Part shown: piece by piece, positions 7,376 to 15,180 of the stretch
Position numbering within the stretch: position 1 is the stretch's first letter
Layout: the number at the start of each line of letters is the position of its first letter
DNA from: a virus
Length of the DNA stretch: 33,164 nt
Direction: 5' to 3' (one strand)
Virus record (IMG/VR): IMGVR_UViG_3300009503_000073
The notes under the pieces: model-generated
What the model saw: only the letters and a program-made list of their open reading frames with translations
Told to the model about the DNA's origin: nothing
The model's database searches: none
Program-made: the position numbers and the translations under genes

Positions 7376-9468
7376 TGGGTAGTTACAAGAACGTTCTGTT
7401 CAAGGACTCCTTCATTGGAACCGCTGGTTATCCACCTGATAGGGGGAAGTGGTTTGCCTTTCTCACACGTGAGAACACTAGCGTAAAATTCACTGACGGT
7501 GCCATTGAGCCGACTGTGAATGGTTGCCGCTTTGTTGCTGCTGTGGATTCTAACGGCTGGGGTGGCTTAAACCTGATGAGCAGAGCCGAATTCAAGGTGC
7601 CCTTCAAAGTTCGAGTAATCATAAAGCCGATCACGTTTGGCTTCTACTTCTATCTTTTGTCGCCTGATATTCGTGATGGTCACTTTTTGGGAACCGAAGT
7701 CTACGGCATGTGGGTTGCCATACTCTACGGCACAGTTGCGGACAACAAATTCCGGTTTGTCGTCAGCCAAGACTACTCGCCAAAGGCCAAATCGTCAGAG
7801 GCAACTTGGAGACTAAACACTGAGTACATAGTCGAAATGGAAATAACACCGTATGCTTCTAACTCTCGCAAATTTAACGTGGATTTGACTGTTAAGCTGG
7901 TTTCTGACGGTTCGTTGGTTTGGCGGGTTAGCGACTGGTGTGACCAGAGCTTATCAGCAACTTTGCGTTGCGCTTTTAGTGCACGTGCAGACGCTTCAGG
8001 GGCAATCGAGTTCTACGCTAAATCACTGCTTGTCTTTGGAAACCAGAGTCGAAAAGCAAAGGCAATCGTAAGTGCAGTGACAGGTAATGATAAGCGGGTT
8101 ATCACTGATGATGTCATAGACTTCAGGGTCGTTCTCCGTGACGGCAGTCACCCTCAGGCTTCTTTAACGATTAAGAATGAGGGCAACAAGTACGACGAGC
8201 TCAGTGTCAAATCGGAAATTGAGATCAGAGCGGGCACAGAGGCTATTCTCTACTTGCTTTTCCGAGGCTACATCGACGCTCCCGAGAGGACTTATCCGCC
8301 GTCTCGGCTTAAGGTTGAGAGTGGCAAAGGCTATGCTAAACGCTTAGACTTCAGAGAAGCCTACAACAAAACGTACACGAACAAGACATGCGGATTTATA
8401 GTCAAAGACTTAATCAAGACCTATTTTGACGGCGTCTTTTGGTATGACAACGTCTTAGACGGCATAGTCATCTCTGCAGAATACAACGCTGCCCCAGTTT
8501 CAAAGATAATCAAGGAGCTTGCAGACGTCAATGTTTTCGTCTGGGGCGTAGACTTCAACAAAACCGTCTACTTCTACCCATTCAGCCTCGCACGCAGCCA
8601 AAGCAGCATACCGTTCAAGAGCAAAAGCGACCAGTTCAACATCAGCAACCGAGACATCGACGAAGTCGTAAACTACGTGCATCAGGTGGGCAAGACTGTT
8701 TCTGGCTTGCCCTACGACTACACGGCGCATGATGCGACTAGCGAAGCTAACTTTTGGCGACGTGACAAGACGTTCAAGGACGTAAGCCTGTCATCTCAGG
8801 CTGCAACTCAAGCCAAAGCCGAAGGCTTGCTGCAGAAGTACAAGGAGCTAACCAAGGAAATTGCGCTTGAAACCAAGAACATCGTGCCCATCGACCTGTA
8901 CTGCATGGCAACCATAACCAACACAGAAGTTGGCTTAAACGAGTATAACGGCGAAGTCAAGAGCGTAGAGTTCACCTACTCGGCACGAGGTGTCAGGACC
9001 ACCGTTTTGTTCCAGAATCGTGGCTTCAAGCTTGCGGATGCTTTGGCTGCTTATCAGGAGGCTTTGTCGGCTAAGGATTCAGGCTTAAACAACGCTGGCA
9101 CGGGAACAGACGGTGAAGAGGAGCAGCCGGAGGAAGAATTTGGCTTCATAACCATCAACCTTGCAGACGGCTACGTCCAGAGTTTGGAGCAGGCGCTTCT
9201 CTCAGACAGCATACTCTTCGATCCAATAGAGCTAACACGTTTCGAAGACGAGGTTTTGTGTAATCTTGCTCCTCAGGCCTCTCTTTTGGAAGAGCGAAGG
9301 CAGCTTGAGTTCTGCATGACCGAGTCGCTCTACTTGAACCATGGCGGGACAAAGCAGGTTGGCGAAGTCTGCGTTTATCTTGAAACTCATCTTCGGAGCA
9401 TGAATGAGAATTATGCTGGAGCTGATGTTCCAGCTTTCGATGAGGTTTTGGAGGTAACCAATGAGTGA
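7372..9468 (+). CDS. Tail tip/baseplate hub protein with an N-terminal beta-rich insertion
   Basis: 698 aa; hub-like segment IIKELADVNVFVWGVDFNKTVYF...IDEVVNYVHQVG...AKAEGLLQKYK; acidic C-terminus; GTGA overlap with the upstream gene. Confidence 0.65.
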   Translation: MMGSYKNVLFKDSFIGTAGYPPDRGKWFAFLTRENTSVKFTDGAIEPTVNGCRFVAAVDSNGWGGLNLMSRAEFKVPFKVRVIIKPITFGFYFYLLSPDIRDGHFLGTEVYGMWVAILYGTVADNKFRFVVSQDYSPKAKSSEATWRLNTEYIVEMEITPYASNSRKFNVDLTVKLVSDGSLVWRVSDWCDQSLSATLRCAFSARADASGAIEFYAKSLLVFGNQSRKAKAIVSAVTGNDKRVITDDVIDFRVVLRDGSHPQASLTIKNEGNKYDELSVKSEIEIRAGTEAILYLLFRGYIDAPERTYPPSRLKVESGKGYAKRLDFREAYNKTYTNKTCGFIVKDLIKTYFDGVFWYDNVLDGIVISAEYNAAPVSKIIKELADVNVFVWGVDFNKTVYFYPFSLARSQSSIPFKSKSDQFNISNRDIDEVVNYVHQVGKTVSGLPYDYTAHDATSEANFWRRDKTFKDVSLSSQAATQAKAEGLLQKYKELTKEIALETKNIVPIDLYCMATITNTEVGLNEYNGEVKSVEFTYSARGVRTTVLFQNRGFKLADALAAYQEALSAKDSGLNNAGTGTDGEEEQPEEEFGFITINLADGYVQSLEQALLSDSILFDPIELTRFEDEVLCNLAPQASLLEERRQLEFCMTESLYLNHGGTKQVGEVCVYLETHLRSMNENYAGADVPAFDEVLEVTNE

Positions 9469-9477
9469 GGATGAACT

Positions 9478-9729
9478 ATGCCAGTTGAAATCGTGAGAGG
9501 ACAAGTTGGAAGGGAGAACGTTTGGAACGTGGGGCAAGAAAGTGGCTTCATAGCGTACATGCGGGGTAGCATAGGCGACGCCCCATTAAGGGAAGAGGCG
9601 TTGAGTTTTGGAGATGCAAGGATGCTGAGCGATTCCTACGGCTTGGTTGAGATTTTGCTTTACAGTGAAGGAAAGATTGGGGAGGATGTGCTCAGTCTTT
9701 CCGAGTCAACAACAATCACGAACACGTAA
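9478..9729 (+). CDS. Hypothetical tail-associated protein
   Basis: 83-aa acidic ORF within the tail operon. Confidence 0.55.
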   Translation: MPVEIVRGQVGRENVWNVGQESGFIAYMRGSIGDAPLREEALSFGDARMLSDSYGLVEILLYSEGKIGEDVLSLSESTTITNT

Positions 9730-9748
9730 AGGGAGGTGGAAAAAGCAA

Positions 9749-10402
9749 ATGGATTTGCCAAGAAGACCGCTGACAATTGCGGAGTACAACGTCTTGAAGC
9801 GGAGTATCTGCCTGTCAAAACAGAAAATCAAAGACGTCTTCAAGCGCAGAAACACTTTCGGCGATGTCGTTACCATAACAGACGAAATCAGAGTTTACGA
9901 GGGCAAGAAACTCAGGTTCGCAACCAAAGGTCACATCGTCAACCAAGGTTTAACTCACCTGATTAACTTGTTGTCACCGACTGCTTTAGCTTACAGCTCA
10001 GGGTTGCATGGGACGTCCTATCAATGGACTTCCAAGACGACGTACATGCGACTCGGCACAGGCGGGAACGTTACTCAGGGAACCACGACTGGATTAACAA
10101 CTCCTGTCGGGGCAGCCCCTGACTCCCAAGCTGGAGTTACATCTTCTCCTGGTGGCGGCACTTATCGCATAGCATGGACTGCAACGTGGAATGCCGGTTC
10201 GTTGACGGCTATAACAGTTTCAGAAATTGGCCTGTTCCTTGACTTGGTAACTAACTTGCAGGGCTTTGGTTGGACGTACGGTGGCGGCGGCACAGCCTTG
10301 TTCAGTCGCCTAAGCGCTGCAGATGGCGATTTCACGGCTTTCGTGGTTAACACAAGTGTGCCTTTGACGATTGAGTGGCGGTTGACCTTCACTTTCGCAT
10401 AG
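9749..10402 (+). CDS. Tail fibre/collar-associated protein (DUF3751-like pattern)
   Basis: ATG 9749 with SD GGAGGTGG; IVNQGLTHLINL...MRLGTG...TATWNAG...SEIGLF...LFSRL...LTIEWRLTF pattern seen in tail-collar/fibre anchoring proteins. Confidence 0.55.
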   Translation: MDLPRRPLTIAEYNVLKRSICLSKQKIKDVFKRRNTFGDVVTITDEIRVYEGKKLRFATKGHIVNQGLTHLINLLSPTALAYSSGLHGTSYQWTSKTTYMRLGTGGNVTQGTTTGLTTPVGAAPDSQAGVTSSPGGGTYRIAWTATWNAGSLTAITVSEIGLFLDLVTNLQGFGWTYGGGGTALFSRLSAADGDFTAFVVNTSVPLTIEWRLTFTFA

Positions 10403-10407
10403 TTTGT

Positions 10408-10423
10408 TCCCCGTTTTTGGGGA
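10408..10423 (+). terminator. Hairpin at the end of the tail operon
   Basis: TCCCC-GTTTTT-GGGGA immediately after stop 10402. Confidence 0.45.
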
Positions 10424-10456
10424 TTTCGCAGTCACGATGAGGGGAGTTGAGGAAAA

Positions 10457-10654
10457 ATGGAGAGACGGAACATGGAAAAAGTTAGAAATTACGTTAAGTC
10501 AGCGTACTTGCGCAGGAAATGGCAAGCCATCTGGGAAAAGGTCGGGAAACGAATCTTAGCTTTGCCTGAGCAGACGCAAGAGGACTTGCTGCAGGACATC
10601 AGCGAAGCTGTTGAAAGTCGCATCGCCACCATGGAGAGAGCTAATCGTGAGTAA
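10457..10654 (+). CDS. Hypothetical small helical protein
   Basis: 65 aa, SD GAGG/GGAG upstream, coupled to the next gene. Confidence 0.65.
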   Translation: MERRNMEKVRNYVKSAYLRRKWQAIWEKVGKRILALPEQTQEDLLQDISEAVESRIATMERANRE

Positions 10655-11081
10655 GGCGGTGTTGAAGGCTTTGGAGCAGGTTAAGCCAGGAGACTTGATC
10701 TGTGTGGATTGGCTGGATGCTAGCCGAGGCAAAATCGAAACCGTCCGAGAGCTCCGAGAAGTGGGCGTTCCAGGAGCCGTCATAGACAGCCCCGTCAAGA
10801 GCTACGGCGTATTCATTGGATTATTCGGCAAGAGAAGCAAGCACATCGTCATGGTTGCAAGCCTCTGGGTGTTCACCGCTGTAGCCGACTATGGCCAAGT
10901 GGACACGACTATCATTCCTGTGGGCACGGTTGAGAACGTGCACGTCATCCAGTCTGGAATTCTGGACGTGGAGCGTGTTCGGCTTTGTCAAGCGGCTTTC
11001 ATGATGGGACGCTGCCATCACTACCTTAGGCGTTTTCAGATTAAGGGCAGAACCTTCGAGGTGAAAAGAGACGCTAGATAA
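10647..11081 (+). CDS. Hypothetical protein with an Sm/SH3-like beta-barrel pattern
   Basis: GTG 10647 overlaps the previous stop; GDLICVDWLDAS...SYGVFIG...TTIIPVGTVENV pattern common in viral small-barrel proteins. Confidence 0.6.
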   Translation: MSKAVLKALEQVKPGDLICVDWLDASRGKIETVRELREVGVPGAVIDSPVKSYGVFIGLFGKRSKHIVMVASLWVFTAVADYGQVDTTIIPVGTVENVHVIQSGILDVERVRLCQAAFMMGRCHHYLRRFQIKGRTFEVKRDAR

Positions 11082-11118
11082 ACTAAGACAATTCATCAGA
11101 GAACGCTTCACTCGGGTT

Positions 11119-11394
11119 ATGCTGGTTTCCGAAGGCACCCCTGAGAGCATACCAGCTGATACTACAAGGACAAGCAGGACTCGGTCAAGAAGGTTCAGGC
11201 GTGTTACTGTTCCGCCTTCTGAACGTTTTGTCTGGGGCATGGTCGGCTTAATCATCGCCTTGATAGGCGCCATCATCTTGGAAGGGATGTACTTGGTTTT
11301 GACTAGTGGCAAGGTAAGCATGGAGTTGCTTGCTGTCATTTCTGGACTTGTGGGCAGCTTGACGACTTGCGTGGTCATGGGGAAGAGAACATGA
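11119..11394 (+). CDS. Two-TM membrane protein
   Basis: Hydrophobic segments FVWGMVGLIIALIGAIILEGMYLVL and LLAVISGLVGSLTTCVVM; the frame is open upstream to 11065. Confidence 0.65.
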   Translation: MLVSEGTPESIPADTTRTSRTRSRRFRRVTVPPSERFVWGMVGLIIALIGAIILEGMYLVLTSGKVSMELLAVISGLVGSLTTCVVMGKRT

Positions 11395-11690
11395 GAAGCT
11401 TCGAAGTTAGAGCAGCATTCGAGAAGGTCTTCAAGAAACTTGACATTATAGATGCCAAAGTAAGCGCTATGCCCCAAGTACAGGTTCAGGTGTCCGAAAA
11501 GTTCCTGCCTACCCTGAACGCTCTCACCAAACTGGGCAAGCCAGCCACAAGCTCCGACATAGCACAGATTACAGGCAGAAACCGGGCGACGGAAAGTCAG
11601 ATTCTCAACGAACTTGCAGGTCGAGGAGTCGTGATTAAGGCAAGAAAGAGTCGCAAAATTCTTTTCTCATCAAGGAGGAGTCAGGCGTGA
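11391..11690 (+). CDS. Winged-helix transcription regulator (TrmB/ArsR-like)
   Basis: ATGA overlap at 11391; PATSSDIAQITGRNRATESQILNELAGRGVV HTH. Confidence 0.75.
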   Translation: MRSFEVRAAFEKVFKKLDIIDAKVSAMPQVQVQVSEKFLPTLNALTKLGKPATSSDIAQITGRNRATESQILNELAGRGVVIKARKSRKILFSSRRSQA

Positions 11691-11776
11691 TTTGGCTTGT
11701 TTGGGTCTTAACTTGGCTGGGCGGATTCCTATTCGGTTTTTCTGTGGGTTACTGGTTGGTGGGTAAGCGGAAATGA
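11687..11776 (+). CDS. 29-aa single-TM microprotein
   Basis: Read manually: MIWLVWVLTWLGGFLFGFSVGYWLVGKRK; SD GGAGGAG; GTGA overlap upstream and ATGA overlap with the terminase small subunit start. Confidence 0.65.
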   Translation: MIWLVWVLTWLGGFLFGFSVGYWLVGKRK

Positions 11777-12201
11777 CGAAGGGTAAGCCTTGGACTGTTG
11801 AAGAGGAAAAGCAGCTGGAGCAGATGCTGCGTGAAAACAGGTCAGTTAGGGCTATTGCTAAAGCGCTTGGGAAAACTCGTGATTGCGTACGCATGAAGAT
11901 AGCGCGTCTTGGGTTAGAAGTTGTTGTTCAGGCTAAATCAGAGCGAACAACAACTACCAGTTTAAAGCTGCCGACCGAGTTGCCCAGCCTTGAAGAAGCG
12001 TTGAAAACGTTAAGTGCAGCGATGAAGGCTTTGGAGACTCCTGGTTTGGATCAGGCTGAGGTTTTGCGTTTGCGCAGCATCATTCAAGCCGTGAAAATCT
12101 ACAATGAGCTCTTTCCCAAGTATGTGGATATTCGGGGTTTTGAAGCTGAAGTTATGGAGCTGAAGAAAAAACTTGATGACGAGAGGGACAAGAAGGGCTA
12201 G
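11773..12201 (+). CDS. Probable terminase small subunit (N-terminal Myb/SANT-like HTH)
   Basis: KPWTVEEEKQLEQML...VRAIAKALGKTRDCVRMKIARLGL; directly upstream of and overlapping TerL. Confidence 0.6.
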   Translation: MTKGKPWTVEEEKQLEQMLRENRSVRAIAKALGKTRDCVRMKIARLGLEVVVQAKSERTTTTSLKLPTELPSLEEALKTLSAAMKALETPGLDQAEVLRLRSIIQAVKIYNELFPKYVDIRGFEAEVMELKKKLDDERDKKG

Positions 12202-13687
12202 AACGTGGCATAAGGCGGACTATGACCTGCAACGCCAACAGCTAAGAGAGGGTGCCAAGGTTCTGGACGAGTCTAGGAAGGCGGCTGTTGAACAGGTTAG
12301 GGGCGACACTGCTAGGTTCTTCAGAGACGTCTGCAAGCTGACGCCTTTCTGGTATCAGCTTGAGCTGGCGCAGTTGTACCGTGAGAACCAGTTTTTGGCT
12401 GTGCGTTGGCCACGTCAAACGGGTAAGAGCACGTCTATTGGGGCTTTGCTTTTGCAGGATGCCTACGAGAACCCTGACCTCTACATAGGTTTTATCGGTC
12501 CAAGCTGGCGCCAAACCAAGCTCAACATCAGGCGAGTAGCCAGCTTCTGCCGAAACCTTCCAGCTCAAGATGTTCGTGTGCAGAAGACAAGAATCAGCTT
12601 CTCCAACGGTTCAATCATCGAGGCGTTTCCGAACAATCCTGATACGGTGAGGGGAAACACGTTTCACCGTTTGTACTGGGACGAATGCGGATTCACACCC
12701 AACGATGAAGACTTGTACGATGCCATTCTTTTCACGTTGGGAACAACCAACGGCAAGCTAATTGCCAGCAGTACGCCATTTAATAGTGATTCTTTGTTTT
12801 GGAAGATGTGCAATCACCGCGATTATTCGGATTTTGCTAGGCATCACTTCACGTATGAACGGGCTTTGGCGCCTAATGGTCCCTTGAGTCCTGAGATGGT
12901 TACGCGGATTAAGCGGCAGTTTGGCGATGACCCAGCACGATGGCGACGCGAAATGGAAGCCGAATGGGCAGAAGATGAAGATGTTTGGCTGGCGCAGAGC
13001 CTCATCGTTTCTTGTGTGGGCACTGCTAAGAATTGTGGGGAAGACTTGCAAGAGTTTAATCCTGAAGCAAGTTATGAAGGCGAGTTCTTTGGCGGCTTAG
13101 ACCTTGCACAGACACGGGATTACTGTGTGTTTGCTGTGGTTGAGCGGGTTAATGATAGGCTTTTGCTTAGGCATCTGAAGGTGTTTTCGCAGCCGACTAA
13201 GTATACTCATGTGTTAGGCTACATCAAAGCCTTGCAGGACCGTTGGGGCGGGTTTGAGAAAATCCGTGTCGACTTTACACGTGAAGGTCCAAGCATCATT
13301 AGTGACATGGAGAATGCTGGCATAAACAATGCTGAAGGCGTCAACTTTAGTGTGCCCCGCAAGAGTGAGATGGCTTCGCTGTTGAAGCAGCGGATGATGG
13401 ATCAACGGTTCTTTTATCCGCTTTTGACTTGGGAGAAGCCTTACCGCGGGGACATCTGTAGTGAATTGAATGTGGAGCGTTATGAGCTGCGCAGAGACGG
13501 AGCCGTCGGTTTTAGTCATCCAAACGGCACGCATGACGACGTGTTCTGGAGTTTGGCGCTTGCATGTTATGCGACTGTGACTATGGGTCCTGAACCCTTC
13601 TTATCAGTTGTGCCAAGGATTGCTAACCGATTGAGCAAAATCAGGAAGCAGTTGGTGAGGCGCAAAATGTTGGGGGATACGCATTGA
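12173..13687 (+). CDS. terL: Terminase large subunit
   Basis: Walker A RWPRQTGKST, Walker B LYWDE, ASSTP coupling motif, RNaseH-like nuclease GGLDLA...HDDVFWSLALA. Confidence 0.95.
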   Translation: MMTRGTRRARTWHKADYDLQRQQLREGAKVLDESRKAAVEQVRGDTARFFRDVCKLTPFWYQLELAQLYRENQFLAVRWPRQTGKSTSIGALLLQDAYENPDLYIGFIGPSWRQTKLNIRRVASFCRNLPAQDVRVQKTRISFSNGSIIEAFPNNPDTVRGNTFHRLYWDECGFTPNDEDLYDAILFTLGTTNGKLIASSTPFNSDSLFWKMCNHRDYSDFARHHFTYERALAPNGPLSPEMVTRIKRQFGDDPARWRREMEAEWAEDEDVWLAQSLIVSCVGTAKNCGEDLQEFNPEASYEGEFFGGLDLAQTRDYCVFAVVERVNDRLLLRHLKVFSQPTKYTHVLGYIKALQDRWGGFEKIRVDFTREGPSIISDMENAGINNAEGVNFSVPRKSEMASLLKQRMMDQRFFYPLLTWEKPYRGDICSELNVERYELRRDGAVGFSHPNGTHDDVFWSLALACYATVTMGPEPFLSVVPRIANRLSKIRKQLVRRKMLGDTH

Positions 13688-15126
13688 GGAACAGAAACAA
13701 CTACTTTAGAGTGAGAAGGGTTTGCCGAACCTACGACCGAACGCAGGGCAAGTTCAGCTTCAACATTTCTTACGAAACCACGGTGAAGCTTACGCCACGA
13801 GCTTTGGTTGTGGCTGAAGCGTTTGGGTTAGGTGTTGACCAAGCCCAGAAATTCACCGTTCTAAACACTGAGCTGATGATTGCTCCAACCGACATCGTCT
13901 ACATCACAGGCGACAGTGGTAGCGGAAAATCTGTTTTACTGCGGGCGTTGCGCAAAGACTTGGGTGAGGAGGCTGTGGATTTATCCGAGGTTGCAATCAA
14001 TGTGGATAAGCCTCTTATCGAGACAGTTGGCAGAACAGTCGAGGAAGGCCTGGAGCTTCTGAGCAAGGTTGGCTTGAATGACGCGTTTCTTTTCCTACGT
14101 ACATACAGCCAGCTAAGTGACGGTCAGAAGTACCGTTACCGAATAGCCAAGCTCATCGAAAGCGGCAAGCAGTGGTGGCTTATGGACGAGTTCGCCGCTT
14201 GCTTGGACAGGGACACAGCTAAGATTATTGCGTTTAACCTGCAGAAAATCGCTCGGCAACAGGGCAAAGCCGTGATAGCCGCCACAACCCACAGCGACCT
14301 GCAAGAGGACTTAAAGCCCAGTGTGCTTGTGCGGAAACGGTTTGGAGAAGAAATCCAGATCAGCTATTACCCAAACGAAGCAGCGAAAGAATGCAGTCTC
14401 GTCCGAGAGATGAAGGCTGAACAAGGAACCATCAACGACTGGCGCAAGCTCAGCAACTTCCATTACCGAGGACACAAGGTTGCTGCACCCCGAAAGATAT
14501 TCCGCTTGGTAAGAGGCGAGGAGCTATGTGGTGTTATTGTTTACACGTATCCTCCCCCTAATTGTTTCGGAAGGCGAATGGTGTTGCCTCGAATGTCTAT
14601 CCGAGAAATAAACAATCAACTGAGCATCATAAACCGGGTAGTTATCCATCCAAAATACAGAACCATTGGGTTAGGCTCCATGATAATTCGGGAGACATTG
14701 CCTTTGGTGGGCACACCATACGTGGAGATGATTGCAGTTATGGCAAAGTATTCACCTTTTGCGGAGAAGGCAGGTATGCGTAAGGTTGCGGAGCAGCGAA
14801 CCGTTGAAAGTGTTTCGGCTGTTTCTGGGGTGCTTTTGGATTTAGGGTTTGACCTGCAACTCTTAGGCAGCGAACGCTATGTTACTGACAAACTTGTAAG
14901 CCTGTCCTCCTCACAACTTGAGAAATTGAAAGAAACGTTTGCTAAATGCGTGCACCCTCGATTCAAGAAGGAGTTTGAGAGTAGCAGACATCAACCTTTT
15001 GGAAAAACAGCAGATTACGTTAGAAGCGTTAAGAAATCAGATAAAGGAAAGCTGGCTAAGCTTATTAAAGTGGCTGGAATGCTCTTGCAAACAAAAGTCT
15101 ATCTAATATGGAAAGAAAAGGAATAA
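13684..15126 (+). CDS. ABC-type ATPase fused to a GNAT acetyltransferase
   Basis: Walker A GDSGSGKS, ABC signature LSDGQKYR, Walker B WLMDEF, H-loop ATTHSD; C-terminal GNAT acetyl-CoA motif RVVIHPKYRTIGLG. No TM segments. Confidence 0.85.
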   Translation: MRNRNNYFRVRRVCRTYDRTQGKFSFNISYETTVKLTPRALVVAEAFGLGVDQAQKFTVLNTELMIAPTDIVYITGDSGSGKSVLLRALRKDLGEEAVDLSEVAINVDKPLIETVGRTVEEGLELLSKVGLNDAFLFLRTYSQLSDGQKYRYRIAKLIESGKQWWLMDEFAACLDRDTAKIIAFNLQKIARQQGKAVIAATTHSDLQEDLKPSVLVRKRFGEEIQISYYPNEAAKECSLVREMKAEQGTINDWRKLSNFHYRGHKVAAPRKIFRLVRGEELCGVIVYTYPPPNCFGRRMVLPRMSIREINNQLSIINRVVIHPKYRTIGLGSMIIRETLPLVGTPYVEMIAVMAKYSPFAEKAGMRKVAEQRTVESVSAVSGVLLDLGFDLQLLGSERYVTDKLVSLSSSQLEKLKETFAKCVHPRFKKEFESSRHQPFGKTADYVRSVKKSDKGKLAKLIKVAGMLLQTKVYLIWKEKE

Positions 15127-15180
15127 TTAACAGGCTTAAGATCCATTTTACGGGAATGGTATTCAGTGGTCTTTTTGGTT

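Noticed and set aside
4137-10402. Contractile (myovirus) tail
   Set aside because: No sheath or baseplate wedge (J-like) genes are recognisable between neck and tail tip.
10821-11477. 218-aa minus-strand ORF
   Set aside because: Antisense to three coupled plus-strand genes with SD sites and overlaps.
13684-15126. ABC transporter subunit, or TmcA/NAT10 tRNA acetyltransferase
   Set aside because: No permease nearby and no TM segments. The ATPase has ABC signature motifs rather than the helicase-like domain of TmcA.
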